Source: Spizellomyces punctatus DAOM BR117
Taxonomy: Eukaryota
NCBI GenBank assembly: GCA_000182565.2
Contig: KQ257460.1
Length of the DNA stretch: 61,411 nucleotides
Direction: 5' to 3' (one strand)
The notes under the pieces are model-generated. The model saw only the letters and a program-made list of their open reading frames with translations. It searched no databases and was not told the DNA's origin. Shown piece after piece: positions 1 to 11,119 of the stretch. The position numbers and the translations under genes are program-made. The first letter of the stretch is position 1, and each line of letters starts with the position of its first letter.

Positions 1-380
1 GGACATGACACTGTCATCAATGGATTCGATGGCGAATAAAGCTTGACTTTCTATAGTTGTACTTTCTATAAAATTTATATGCATCTAGGTTATGTCCAGT
101 AGGTTGTCCAACCTTTGTATTCCGTCTGAAAGCACAGCAGAATAATCTCACGTGAAAGAGCGGCCATTATCATGTGCTTGTCCATCCAACAGGAGGCAAT
201 CTCGATTTGGGTTTCTTGCTTCTTCATGCAATGACCCAAAGAGTTCATTTTGACAGGATCCTAGTACTGGCAAGAGATTGCGGGACGGCGGTTCGTTCTC
301 TGCTCACGGAAAGTCGTAGTACACCCACTGCTCATGCAACTGAGAGGAGGGAACCCAAACAGTCTTTGCTATTAATTTTG

Positions 381-1349
381 CTATATTATAAAGGGACATT
401 TCCATCTTTTCACGTCTGCGTCCCTCAAAAGATCCTGAATAGGTAGGCGACCTTCGGCCTCCCATCGTTTTATGATCTCTTCTGCAGCGGGCGCCAGTAG
501 ATCTCTGTGCATCACCTCTCCATTTCCATACACCGTCATTCCAACAACTCCGTCCGCCAAATGCTGAGCTACAAACTGCACCAGTTCTTCTTCATTGTAC
601 TTTGAGGTAGCATAATAAACTCTATCTCCTTCTCTCTTTCTACCACACGCGGCAAGAAAATATTGCAGTGCCATGTTATCTTCCTGAGGCATATGTTCAC
701 CGGTCACAACGATGTGGAGATTCTTCGATGCGCCAATGTCTGCAATGATTTCGTGGAGCTTGTGATCGAGAGCTTCGAGGCACGAGAGGGTTGCTTCATA
801 CATGTTGGACATGAAAGCAGAGCGAAGACGGCGGAAAAACGACGATAAATCGGTTTGAGGAAGCTGCTTATCCGTGGCGGGATTGTGGGATGTGTAAGTA
901 TGGATAAGCTTGATCGTCTGATCCACCATGCTGAGATTTCGCTGGCGCTGCTCCTGTGTAAAGCTGTACTCCTCTTTAACAATGGCCTCTTTGACCGCCA
1001 CCGCTTTGGTTTCCAGTTCTTTGAGCTTTTTCTGACTTGTTTCCAAGTCTGTGTGGCCGGCCACAACGGCTAATACTGCTAGTGGAAGATGACACAGAGA
1101 CTTCAAGCGATGGAACAAAGGGACGTTAAAAGAATACATTTTCCGAGATAATTCCGAAAATGGGACCGCACGGTTTACGGTTGACTTTGCATTATCGTGG
1201 AAAAGCAACTTCAAGTCTGACCCGGTCAGGATGAGAATCGAGTTCTTTTCCCAATCGATTGATCGTGCCTTTAGCGCGGCGTAATGCGACATGAAAGCGT
1301 CGTCCACGTCCCTGAGTGGATCTGCTGAGGTGCTACTACCGATGCCCAT
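381..1349 (-). CDS. Intronless hypothetical protein (about 322 aa) with N-myristoylation-like start MGIGSSTS
   Basis: Long uninterrupted ORF with globular-protein composition. The first in-frame ATG is at 1349 (the ORF track starts at TTG 1394). No family can be named with certainty. Confidence 0.75.
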   Translation of the reverse strand: MGIGSSTSADPLRDVDDAFMSHYAALKARSIDWEKNSILILTGSDLKLLFHDNAKSTVNRAVPFSELSRKMYSFNVPLFHRLKSLCHLPLAVLAVVAGHTDLETSQKKLKELETKAVAVKEAIVKEEYSFTQEQRQRNLSMVDQTIKLIHTYTSHNPATDKQLPQTDLSSFFRRLRSAFMSNMYEATLSCLEALDHKLHEIIADIGASKNLHIVVTGEHMPQEDNMALQYFLAACGRKREGDRVYYATSKYNEEELVQFVAQHLADGVVGMTVYGNGEVMHRDLLAPAAEEIIKRWEAEGRLPIQDLLRDADVKRWKCPFII

Positions 1350-1548
1350 CCAAGATCTCTTGATTTTGTAAATGGTTTCCCTTAAGTGTTTCAACTAGTG
1401 TGTTCTACTTGTACTGATACGTTGGGCCTGGATAATGATGATGTCAGGTTACCAAAGCCAGCTGCGCCATGACCACGACGTGGCCGCTGGCGACTATAAA
1501 CTCGTCGTCATGTCACATTTCCGAAATTAAAGACTGCACGCTAATACC

Positions 1549-2874
1549 ATGGCCCCTATCAGCATTCTGGAAAGAGGTGAATGGCCCTGCTGCTCTGCAA
1601 GTTCCTTACTTGTCCAAGTACTGAACCAGTAGATCCGGCTTTTGCACAACAATGCAGATCGTTTTTCCACACTTCCCCAAGAACTTTCTATTCAGATTAT
1701 CAAGTTCTTAAGCTGCTCAGATGTAGGGAGACTAGCCCAGGTAATTTTTGAAACTTTTGGGCGTTATGATCTCTCCCCTTAGCTAACGGTACCTAGACAA
1801 GTCGTCATTTCTCGGTTGTAACTCGTGATGAATACTTATGGAATTTGATGACTGCATGGCGATTCGGGAAGGTGGCTGCCACTATAATTTGTGCACGTTG
1901 TCAACCTGCTTTTGCTAAGATTGAATGTGTCCATCGGCCGACTCTTAGGACGCTCTGTCTGCTCAAGGACCCATACACAGCCCTAAGGAGTTGTACCAAA
2001 CGCTAAGCGCAGGTAGGCTTTCACGGTCTTCCAATTCAAAGGCTGTGGTTCACTAAACTGGTGTACGTTCAATCCTTAGATGGACTTAGCCTACGAGCGG
2101 ACAAGCTAAGCATAGTTTGGAATGACGGGCGATACTGGCAAATGGAAGAGGATCTTTCAAGGTAGGTAAAACCGTGGATAGCCTCACCTACATGCCGAAG
2201 ACGGTGTTAAGATCCCTCCATCATTAGCCAGTCTGGGTTGGTTGCGACTTTGCGCTCCGTATGTTGGTTTGATGTACGCGGTCAGATTAACGGTGTCCCG
2301 AGAGGAAAGTACATCCCAATCTGGAGAATCAAACTTGTCGGACGGGGCCCACATACCCTGTCTGGTGTAACCTTCAAAGCATCAACAATTTCTGAAGTAA
2401 GCTAAGCAGTTTTCTTAGAAGCCAACTGCTTGAGATATTCATAAACTTGATCCCTTTCAGGAAGCTGCGGCCCACGACTCAACTGCATCCACCCGTATAT
2501 TAGGCAATTTTCCAGACGACCCCAGTTACAGTCTACCCACATTTGTTCCGGGCGAGGCAAGTCGCCCGTTGCGTCCAACAGATTGGACCGACTTCGTGCT
2601 GCCGGAGCTTAGTGTAGGGGACTGGGAAGGCGCACCGCCATATTTAAAAGTCGAGGTTGAGGCCATCGATCATGCGGATACGTGGAAGTTCGGCTTAAAA
2701 ATTGATGGTGTGCGATTGGTCAGAGTGGGGGAGGAGGAGAGAATTGCCCAAGAAAGTCAACCGAATGAAGGATCTGCGGACGAGGAAGGAGTGGTCCCAT
2801 TGCTGTTGAGGGGACTGAGAACCGGTGTGGCCCAGGTCGGTGGCGTTATGAGAGATGCATTGGGACTGATTTAG
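1549..2874 (+). CDS. F-box protein with C-terminal PP2/Nictaba-like lectin domain (multi-exon)
   Basis: Manual splicing (first intron 1577-1657) gives MAPISILERDRFSTLPQELSIQIIKFLSCSDVGRLAQ|TSRHFSVVTRDEYLW (F-box), then LSIVWNDGRYWQM, VATLRSVCWFDVRGQI and WKFGLKIDGVRL, which match hallmark PP2-domain motifs. Confidence 0.8.
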
Positions 2875-3079
2875 GAATATGGTACAGAGCATTAGAATTG
2901 CAGACGTAGTGATTGGAATGTAAAAAGTTGCGCTTGAGAAACATTGGAAAACGCATCCGGAATATGCTGATTGAAAATGCAGATTTAAGACAGTAACAAT
3001 GGAAAAATCTGAAAGAGTCCTCGATCCAAGCCAGCCATTGTACCCATTCTAGAAGATAGATCTTCAGTGCCTCCCACCT

Positions 3080-3677
3080 TTACCTTAGGCCTCCTTGACG
3101 GCCAGCTCGATGCCTCCAGATCTTCCACCATGGCTTCCGTCTCACAGGTTCCATTTGCGCGTGCGTTTCTTGGCCAGTGTACACGTATGCACCGGGATGT
3201 CGGCGAAACCCTGCAGGCGGCGGACTAGTCGGCGGAGGTGGGATGGCGGAGAGAATCGGCTGGAGACTGTTTATTTCAGGATTGGGTTGTAGAATACCTG
3301 GAATTTGTGGTTTTTTGATACCCGATTGACTTAAAAGTTGACGAATATTGTCCTATGATTTGGACCTCAGAGGGATAAGATGGGATGGGTTGTGTTGGGT
3401 AATAGATTCCGAAATTTCCTGTACAAGACACCTATATGTTCCCTCCGCATCACAACAACCCGCTCCCACAGGGCCGTTGTGCCTTGCTCCTCGCGGCGAT
3501 CCTCTTCTTCCTGATCACTAATAAATGACTCGAGCTTTTGAAAGAGCTCTATAATATGTTGATCAATAATATTGATGTTCAGTAACTGAGCCGGGAATGC
3601 CGCAGACCTGCAATGCTCGATAATGTAGTCGCCGTTGGTGACTGAGGAGCTCTAGTTACTTCATGCGGTGATGCCAT
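3080..3677 (-). CDS. Small spliced hypothetical protein (absent from the ORF track)
   Basis: ATG at 3677 gives MASPHEVTRAPQSPTATTLSSIA|ELFQKLESFISDQEEEDRREEQ with a GT-AG intron. The putative last exon is Pro-rich and ends KPWWKIWRHRAGRQGGLR*. Middle exons are unresolved. Confidence 0.4.
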
Positions 3678-4276
3678 GAGTAAGTTTAACTAAGGGACGG
3701 AAGGTTGACTGTGAAAGATCAGTAAGAATGCCTCCTCGATGTTTGGACTTCAGGTGGCAGATCCCAGTAGCTGCAACTCAAGAGCAGAACCCACAGCGCT
3801 TTGTTAGTTGGCATGTTGTCCTGCACCGCATTGGCTATTCGTTGTAAGCAAATGAAACATATCGCCATTGAATTTTCGCTTGTCAGTTCATTTTTTGGCT
3901 TGGGTCAAAGCCTCTGGGGAATACTTCCGTTTTGACGACATCCGTTCTCAGAAGCTGGCAAACGAACGACACAAGTACCCCCAATGACAAGCTCACGGCC
4001 CTTTCAACTCTACAGATGCAAACATTTGATCAACGTAAATAGATCGCACGCAAATGTGGGACGCTTGCAAAATGCTTGTAGGCCATTTCGTGTCATGACG
4101 AGGATCTAAACGACAGGTTCACAGGTGTGGGAATGGTGGCAAGAATTGTTTTGCCACAATAGATTGCACAGCCACTCTGATGTCAGCCCTTCCGTCAGCG
4201 CGACGGTCTTTGCTTAACGGGTCCGTTTTTCACCACACACGCATGAGGATTGAATAGGATTGAAGATAGCCGTTAA

Positions 4277-6060
4277 ATGGGGTGTGCGCCGTCAAAAAGC
4301 TCAGTTCAGGGTAACAGCTATCCGGGAATGGGACCGGGCCAAGGGCAACCTGTCAACCAGCTCCCGCTCCCGCCGCGCCCAAATCAGCCGCAACCTTCTA
4401 CTCAACCCACTCACTCCAATCCACAAATTGCTCCCGCACCTTCAGATTCATCGGGAATGTCGTTCATCACGCGACAGGGCCACACTCTATACGAAAATGG
4501 TCGACCATTCCGTTTCATCTCTATAAATGTTCCCAACCTTTTCTTTATCGAAGATCGCCCAGATGCTTGCGGGTGGGTCCTTCCAGACCCTTACGAACAG
4601 CACGACGCCCTCCTCACTGTGGCGCATATGGGTGGCCGAGTTGCGCGAACGTACACGCTGGGGGCCGGATGTAACTTTCACGTCACTCAGCCCCGGAAAT
4701 ATAATGAAGACTGCTTTGTGGCGATGGATCATGCTCTGGCGATCGCCAGGAACGTGGGTGTGCGTTTGATTGTGCCCTTGGTGAATAATTATGGCGGAAA
4801 GGATGAAGTAGGGGCATGTGGGGATGCTCTTTTTGGGAACTATGCTGCGTTTGCGGGTTTACGAGGAAAGAAGCCCAGTGCATTCTGGACAGATCCAGAG
4901 TTGGTTGAGGATTTCAAGCATTTGATCTCCTTTGTGTTGAATAGAGTCAACACCGTGAATGGAATACGGTAAGACATTTATAGATGATCTTGATCCACTA
5001 GCTTCAGTGACATTAAGAACACGGCAAATCAGATACGGCGATGACCCCATTGTCCTAGCATGGCAACTTGGGAATGAACTCGGAGGATGGAATGGACCGA
5101 ATCCTCCTACATCCTGGACATTGGGCATGACAGCTCACATCCGGTCGTTGGCACCCAACACGCTTGTCCTAGATGGAACGATGGGAGGGCTCAAAGCGAA
5201 AGATAAATACGACCGACAGGCATTGTCATCTCCCGCAGGACCCGATATCTTCACAAACCATTATTATTACGGCGAATCCGATATCAAGAGGCTGAAAGAC
5301 GATTCATCCTTTGTTGCAAAGCACAGTAAGGCCTTCATTGTCGGAGAGTTTGGATTTAGTAATACTGGAGTGTATGGACGGATGTATGAGGATATTTTGC
5401 GCAATGATAAGGTTACGGGCAGTTTGATCTGGAGTCTAAGGTGATACATTGACATTCTTTCAATCTTCCTTGCCCCTGATAATGATTTTTCTATGATATC
5501 TCCACATTGCAGATTTCACAGCATGTTCGGTACGCACTTTTCCATGCTTTCTTCTTTATTTGACGACTGACATTATCTATTCAACATTAGGTGGCTTTTA
5601 TGTTCACTCAGAGGAAGGCGGAAAATATTGGTCGTATCACGCACCAGGCTTCCCTTCCCGTAATCGGGGATTCTGTTTCGAAGAAGCTGAAGTGATTCCT
5701 CAAATACGCAACTACGCACTCCGCATTCAGGGTCTAGACCCACGTACTGTTCCGTACCCCGTCCCTCAGGCACCTTACCTGTTGGAGGACATTCGACCAA
5801 AATGCTTCCGATTTCGGGGAAGTGCTTGGGCAGCTCGCTATGTGATTTATAGGGGACGAGCTAGAGATGAGTTTGGGGGAGTAGAATGGGAGCCAAATCC
5901 CGTTGCGACAAATGTAACGGATGATGTGTGCAGTGGGTCAACGTTGTGGAGGGATGAGGGAGCGATGGAAGGGGTACCCTACTATTATGCTGTACAGGCG
6001 GTTGGAGTGGGTGGGGACTGCAGCCCCTGGTCTAATGTCGTCGGGCCAACATATGTGTAG
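4277..6060 (+). CDS. Glycoside hydrolase family 5 (beta-mannanase/mannosidase-like) with C-terminal FN3-like domain and N-terminal MGCAPSK acylation motif
   Basis: Motifs RVNTVNGIRYGDDPIVLAWQLGNE (acid/base Glu), DIFTNHYY, IVGEFG (nucleophile Glu) and GSLIWSLRFH; C-terminal YYYAVQAVG...SPWSN. Introns at 4969-5032, 5441-5512 and 5530-5590, with a 17-nt microexon at 5513-5529. Confidence 0.9.
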
Positions 6061-7287
6061 CAAGCAGTTCTTTAGGCATTATCTTAGCAAGCCATCAACA
6101 ACATAATACCAAGCAACTTTGCCCAACGGCAGCGACAACTAACCCACAACCGGGCCTGCATTCCATTATACTCAGCCTCCATAAGATGTTTGTAGAATAT
6201 TCGATCCGCCGAAGTCGCTGACCGATCATTTTTATCTCTGCCAGCTGTTTGGGAAACGAGTCAGTTATTCGCGCATAGCTGAACTCACACTCTTCGGTAA
6301 GGGGACATTGCTGTTAGCACGGGAAATACCTCTTCGGCGTCGAGTATGTGCAGAATGCTTTCTATGTAAGGAATCCTGTGGCGTGGCGAGTGAATTGAAG
6401 TAAAAGATGCCGGTATAGGTTTGAAACCAGAGCATGGCTAAATCGGGTATATCGTTTGCTTTAGCGGTGATGTGATGGTGTACTGGGAAATATTCCGACA
6501 AACTGAGACGATGCAGATTATCGTTTGTCTCGCGGGTCCCGGTATTTTCAACCGCATGATTCCATTCTGCAAAATAATCGATCCAGTTGCTTTATTTTGC
6601 AAATGTATATCCCAGTACCGGATAATGCTTGGGCAAGAATGGAAGGACATATTGGAAAGAATTGATCCAATTACTTAATGTCAGTCTTGCCATGACTTAC
6701 CAAGACGCGGATGTTCATGCACATGGTAGGAATCTGGTTAGGATCTCAAACCTCTTGCATTTTCTTGGCAGAGTAGGTGGATCAGACTTTTTGATATGAA
6801 ATCGGTGCACCAGGTCAACCCTCTGGCAGTATTTGAACCTAATACTGTTTTCCATGAGCTCTGAGGCGACACTAATGTATTTAAATATGGATATGCATAA
6901 AATGAGCGCCAAAACGAACGTTTATTGACCAAGGACAACTGAACAAACCCTTCTTTTCATTTTTGTACACAGTATGTTCTTTATACGTCTGAATACACTT
7001 TTTCAGATGGGATCTCTGAGGATATCGATGCGTAAAGAAGCTGCCATGAGTAGACGAAGGCACCAGCAAGCCGATCATGTTACGTAATGGTTGGAGTGCA
7101 CCATGCAAATGCATTGCAGCCTTGCGGTCAACGGCACGACCCTCATCACTGCCGGGACTTTCGGAGGGGTAGAACTATTTTGACATGTAAACAAACAGAA
7201 AGAAAACATCACTTTTAAAATCTATACAAACTCGTGAAGACGACAAAACCTTGGTTGGGCTTTTGTTGTTTTGTGCATTGACGCACC

Positions 7288-8961
7288 ATGACATCCCTGA
7301 ACGGCTTTGTAAAGCGAACTGGAAAGACACTGTTGGACCCTTCGACAAATGCACCTTTGCGCTTCCTCTCGTTCAATACTCCAACGCTACACCTCCATGA
7401 CGATCCTCAATTCGTTGTTCCAACCGAATACGAGCAAGATGATTTGCTTGCGTCCATTGTCGAGATGGGTGGCCGGGTGGTCAGGCTCTATTCGCTTGGT
7501 GTCCAAACACCACAAGAAGATTCGACAGCTGCAAAGCATATAATCAAAAGCGGAAGTGGGGTTGCGCTCAATGAACGGGTGCTTCGGGGATTGGACTCTG
7601 CGTTGAGTGTCGCCAATAGGCGAGGTGTGCGTGTCATTATCCCGCTTATCGATAGGTGGGAATGGTGGGGAGGGGTGGAGAGTTTCGTGCGATTAGTGAA
7701 TCCTACATTACCACCTTCAGCTTTCTATACCGATAATGGGATCCGGAACCAGTTTAAATCGATCGTTCAGCAACTTGTCAATCGTGTCAACACCGTTACC
7801 AACATCACCTACAAGGACGATCCGACAATTCTCGCCTGGGAAACTGGAAACGAACTAGAAGTGGAGGGAAAGAGGATTCCGGCGGACTGGACTGTTGATA
7901 TTGCTTCTCATATCAAAAATCTGGATCAGAACCATTTGGTTATGGATGGGTCGTGGAAACATGGATGGGACGAACAGGTGTTGAGGAGCCCGAATGTCGA
8001 TATCTTTTCGAATCATTATTATAGAGACGTAAGACTTTCGACAGGGGAGTGGATTGGAATCGGTGCTTTGGCGGCCGTAATAGGAGTTGCCGTTATAATA
8101 GGTGCTATGGCAGCCTGTATGCCTAGGAGAGTTGGTTGGATCAAGGTTCAGGAAGAGTCCAAACAGTTTACCAAGGTAAATCTTCTGTCGCGAGTCTTTA
8201 TTATCAATCGTACTAATCGCTAATCGGATTTACAGTCCCGATACCGAAACAGGCGCGTTATAACTGTCATTCTCGCTCTCCTTATCATCCTGGGCTCGGC
8301 GGGCGGTCTGACAGCCCTAATCTTGAACCGCATATCCAACCCTCAGTATGGTGCCTGGAGCGCTTCAGATGCCGAAACTGTATCCTCATATGACAAAGTC
8401 TTCATCACTGGCGAATATGGACTGGCATCAGCGTCATCTCTTCGGGGAGTTATGGACAATGTGATTCAAAATAAGCCCGGCTTTGCTGGTGCCTTGTTGT
8501 GGAGTTTGAGAGGACATTCCAAAGACGGTGGATTCTACATACATAAAGAAATGCACGGGTACTGGTCGTATCACTACCCCGGCTTCCCTACCGCTCCCGG
8601 ATTCGGCGAGGACGAGAGTACCGTTGTGCCGATGGTTGCGTCTTACGCTGCAGAATTGGCGAAGCAAACCAGCTTCACCATCCCACCCAAAGCTATACCC
8701 TCCCCGCCAACACTTTTGAATACTACTACTCCCGAGTTGAAATGGAGAGGGGTTAGCGGGTCGTCAAGCTATGACGTCGAAAGATCCGTGGGCAGTGAGC
8801 TGTGGGATGTTGTGGCGACCGTTGTAGATGCCAAGAAGCCTGGTGAGACATTATTTGTAGATCAGAATGTACAGGTGGGGAGAACGTATATGTACAGAGT
8901 TCGAGCGAGAAACTCGGTTGGCGTTAGCAATCCGAGTAATGTTGTTAATATTGGTCTGTAA
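7288..8961 (+). CDS. Second GH5 (mannanase-like) paralogue with two internal hydrophobic helices and C-terminal FN3-like domain
   Basis: Motifs RVNTVTNITYKDDPTILAWETGNE, DIFSNHYY, ITGEYG, GALLWSLRGH and TYMYRVRARNSVGVSNPSN. One intron at 8176-8235 joins the two ORFs in frame. Confidence 0.9.
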
Positions 8962-9108
8962 AATGTTCTGTAGATAGAGCTGTAATATTTGAACATTTGC
9001 TTAGGGATGACCTGCATCCTACATAATAGTATATTCTATGTAATACAAAGAGTCTGACATCACTATTGCTCATCTCCCTTGCGAATATGAGGTTCTGCAT
9101 AATCTTAA

Positions 9109-10026
9109 TTACCAAGTCCTAGCAAGCACTCGGTTGCGGATAAGCATACGAGTGCGTGTTAAGTAGATGGACAAGAGCCGCGTTTTATGAGGTTTAGGTA
9201 GTGGCGGGAGAGGTTTGCTGTCGAGATCTGGCAAGACGGGTTCATTTACGGATGTGGATTGAAATGTGTGGGGCGATCTCCGCGCGGAGTCTGGTCCGGG
9301 TGGGAGAGGAGGTAAGGCGGGTATATCGACGGCACTTTCGGATTGTTTCTCTTTTTCATTCAAAGTTTGCACCAGCATACACCCTTCTGCTCGAGTATGA
9401 AAAGCTTTGGCAACTGCCATGGCATAAGAAGCCGTCCCACCTTTAACATTCTCCTGTCGGTCGCGCTTGACCACCATGGAATTTCTTGGGCGACAATTCC
9501 AACGATCGTCTGCGTACAATATATCATACATTGAAGCCTGGGTTTTGGTACTGCCTGTTTCGGCCATTTCTAATTCCTCATCGGTTTCCCAATCACTTCC
9601 AGTTCCCAAGGAATCAGCAGTGCTCCTAAAGGTCCGCAGGTAGAATGACAGATTTGAAATGCTGGTGCGGGCAAGCCTAACGGTGTTCTTGAGAGTGGGG
9701 ACACTGCTGGACGTACTGATGCGGTGTTGTCTTTTTGACGCTGGACTCTTGGAGTGCGTCGGACTTGGACTTGGAGGTGCAGGAGGGGAGACCAGCTCCG
9801 TATGGAAGGCAAGAGATCGCCACTGGTCTTCGAGAGTCGGCGACGTGGGCGTCTGAGGCTGCGCGGATACTTCACTGTTACTCGATGCAAACGTCCTCAG
9901 TGATGACACAGAACCCCGCGACGGAATTGCTTCGTTCCTCCATTCTGTGGGAATTGGGAATCGAATTTTCAATTTTTCGAGGACTTGAACCAACACCTTC
10001 TTTTTGCGAGTGTCTTGGTTCGCCAT
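9109..10026 (-). CDS. Ser/Pro-rich, largely disordered hypothetical protein (305 aa)
   Basis: ATG-initiated uninterrupted ORF with PxxP motifs (KPLPPLP). No recognisable domain. Confidence 0.65.
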   Translation of the reverse strand: MANQDTRKKKVLVQVLEKLKIRFPIPTEWRNEAIPSRGSVSSLRTFASSNSEVSAQPQTPTSPTLEDQWRSLAFHTELVSPPAPPSPSPTHSKSPASKRQHRISTSSSVPTLKNTVRLARTSISNLSFYLRTFRSTADSLGTGSDWETDEELEMAETGSTKTQASMYDILYADDRWNCRPRNSMVVKRDRQENVKGGTASYAMAVAKAFHTRAEGCMLVQTLNEKEKQSESAVDIPALPPLPPGPDSARRSPHTFQSTSVNEPVLPDLDSKPLPPLPKPHKTRLLSIYLTRTRMLIRNRVLARTW

Positions 10027-10570
10027 GGGAGTTAGCTGAAGCCAGAAGGAGTAGCGTTATTTGCAAAGGATTACAAGGGCAAAATGGGGAGATTCAAAGC
10101 TTGACAGAGTATACTAGTAATACGCCTTGGTTTTGTACCGCTCTCGCCTTTTTGACAGCTCGCGGCTTTCATTTCCCACGCGCAGAATCGCCTTTTCGAT
10201 CTTTTTGCGACAAGCACAGAACGTCAAGGCAAAGCACAAGATTTCACCTTCCCATCCTTTGTTATCCTGCGTGATACCCGAATCCTTCACCACGTTTTCT
10301 TGATCCAATGCAAGGGACGGAAGCTATAAACTCTGTGGAAAGAAGGAGACAAGGGCAGTTTGACGGGCAGATGGCACAGGTGGTAACAAGCCACAGCTTA
10401 ACTAATCAATTGGTGGTTGCCCGATCGGGTCGACAAAGGCTTAGTTCTTGCCCAAATTCCCACGCCCACTAGTTGATTTTCCAATCGACACTATAACGCC
10501 GGGAACCGCCTGCTCTTCTTCCTGTGTGCACAGGGTCCGGCGCCAGTCTTTGGCGGATTGGCAAAGAGCC

Positions 10571-11119
10571 ATGTCGGAGCCGTCCACGCAAGTGGCGAGC
10601 CCTGTGCTCCGTGTGATTGCATGCCCTACCAAGGTGCACAATCTGAGGCCAAGGAAGCCGGTTTCCTCTAACCGACGTCCTTCGCCAACGGTTGATCGCA
10701 ATGGGGATGCAAAGGAAGCTGCAACGTCCTCGGAAGAGGATGGGCAGAGTGCGGTGGATCTTGTAAAGGACTTGGTGAGTCCTTCAAACTTGGAGGATTC
10801 GCTCAGGTCTGGCAAGACGGTTGGAAGTTCAATAAACACTGTATCCATGGACCAACTCTTTTTTTATGTCCCGGTATTGTTCGTTGAAGGGAATGGAGGG
10901 GAAGGTCTCGTCACTTATGTCGGTGCCCATTCAATCAGGGAAGAGTCCTCCCCGATGAAGAGAGGGAAACTATCGTGGCATTTGCGGATGGGAGCTACAG
11001 ACGAGTGTATCATAAAAACAAGCATTGTGAATACAATTGTGGATCCATTGGAGTCTTCTTTCCGAATACGGAGCGGTGGTGCGTCTTCGCAATTTCGTTC
11101 TCCATCGCCATTTGGTTAG
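10571..11119 (+). CDS. Hypothetical protein, first exon (may continue through introns to about 11500)
   Basis: ATG at 10571 within a 223-codon ORF, with a possible donor GTTAGG just before the stop. Downstream exons are unresolved. Confidence 0.45.
   Translation: MSEPSTQVASPVLRVIACPTKVHNLRPRKPVSSNRRPSPTVDRNGDAKEAATSSEEDGQSAVDLVKDLVSPSNLEDSLRSGKTVGSSINTVSMDQLFFYVPVLFVEGNGGEGLVTYVGAHSIREESSPMKRGKLSWHLRMGATDECIIKTSIVNTIVDPLESSFRIRSGGASSQFRSPSPFG

Noticed and set aside
1-39. Possible last codons of an upstream gene (GHDTVINGFDGE*)
   Set aside because: Too short to support a call.
6265-7114. Cluster of short minus-strand ORFs between the GH5 genes
   Set aside because: I could not build a consistent spliced model or recognise a motif. 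A small gene is not excluded.
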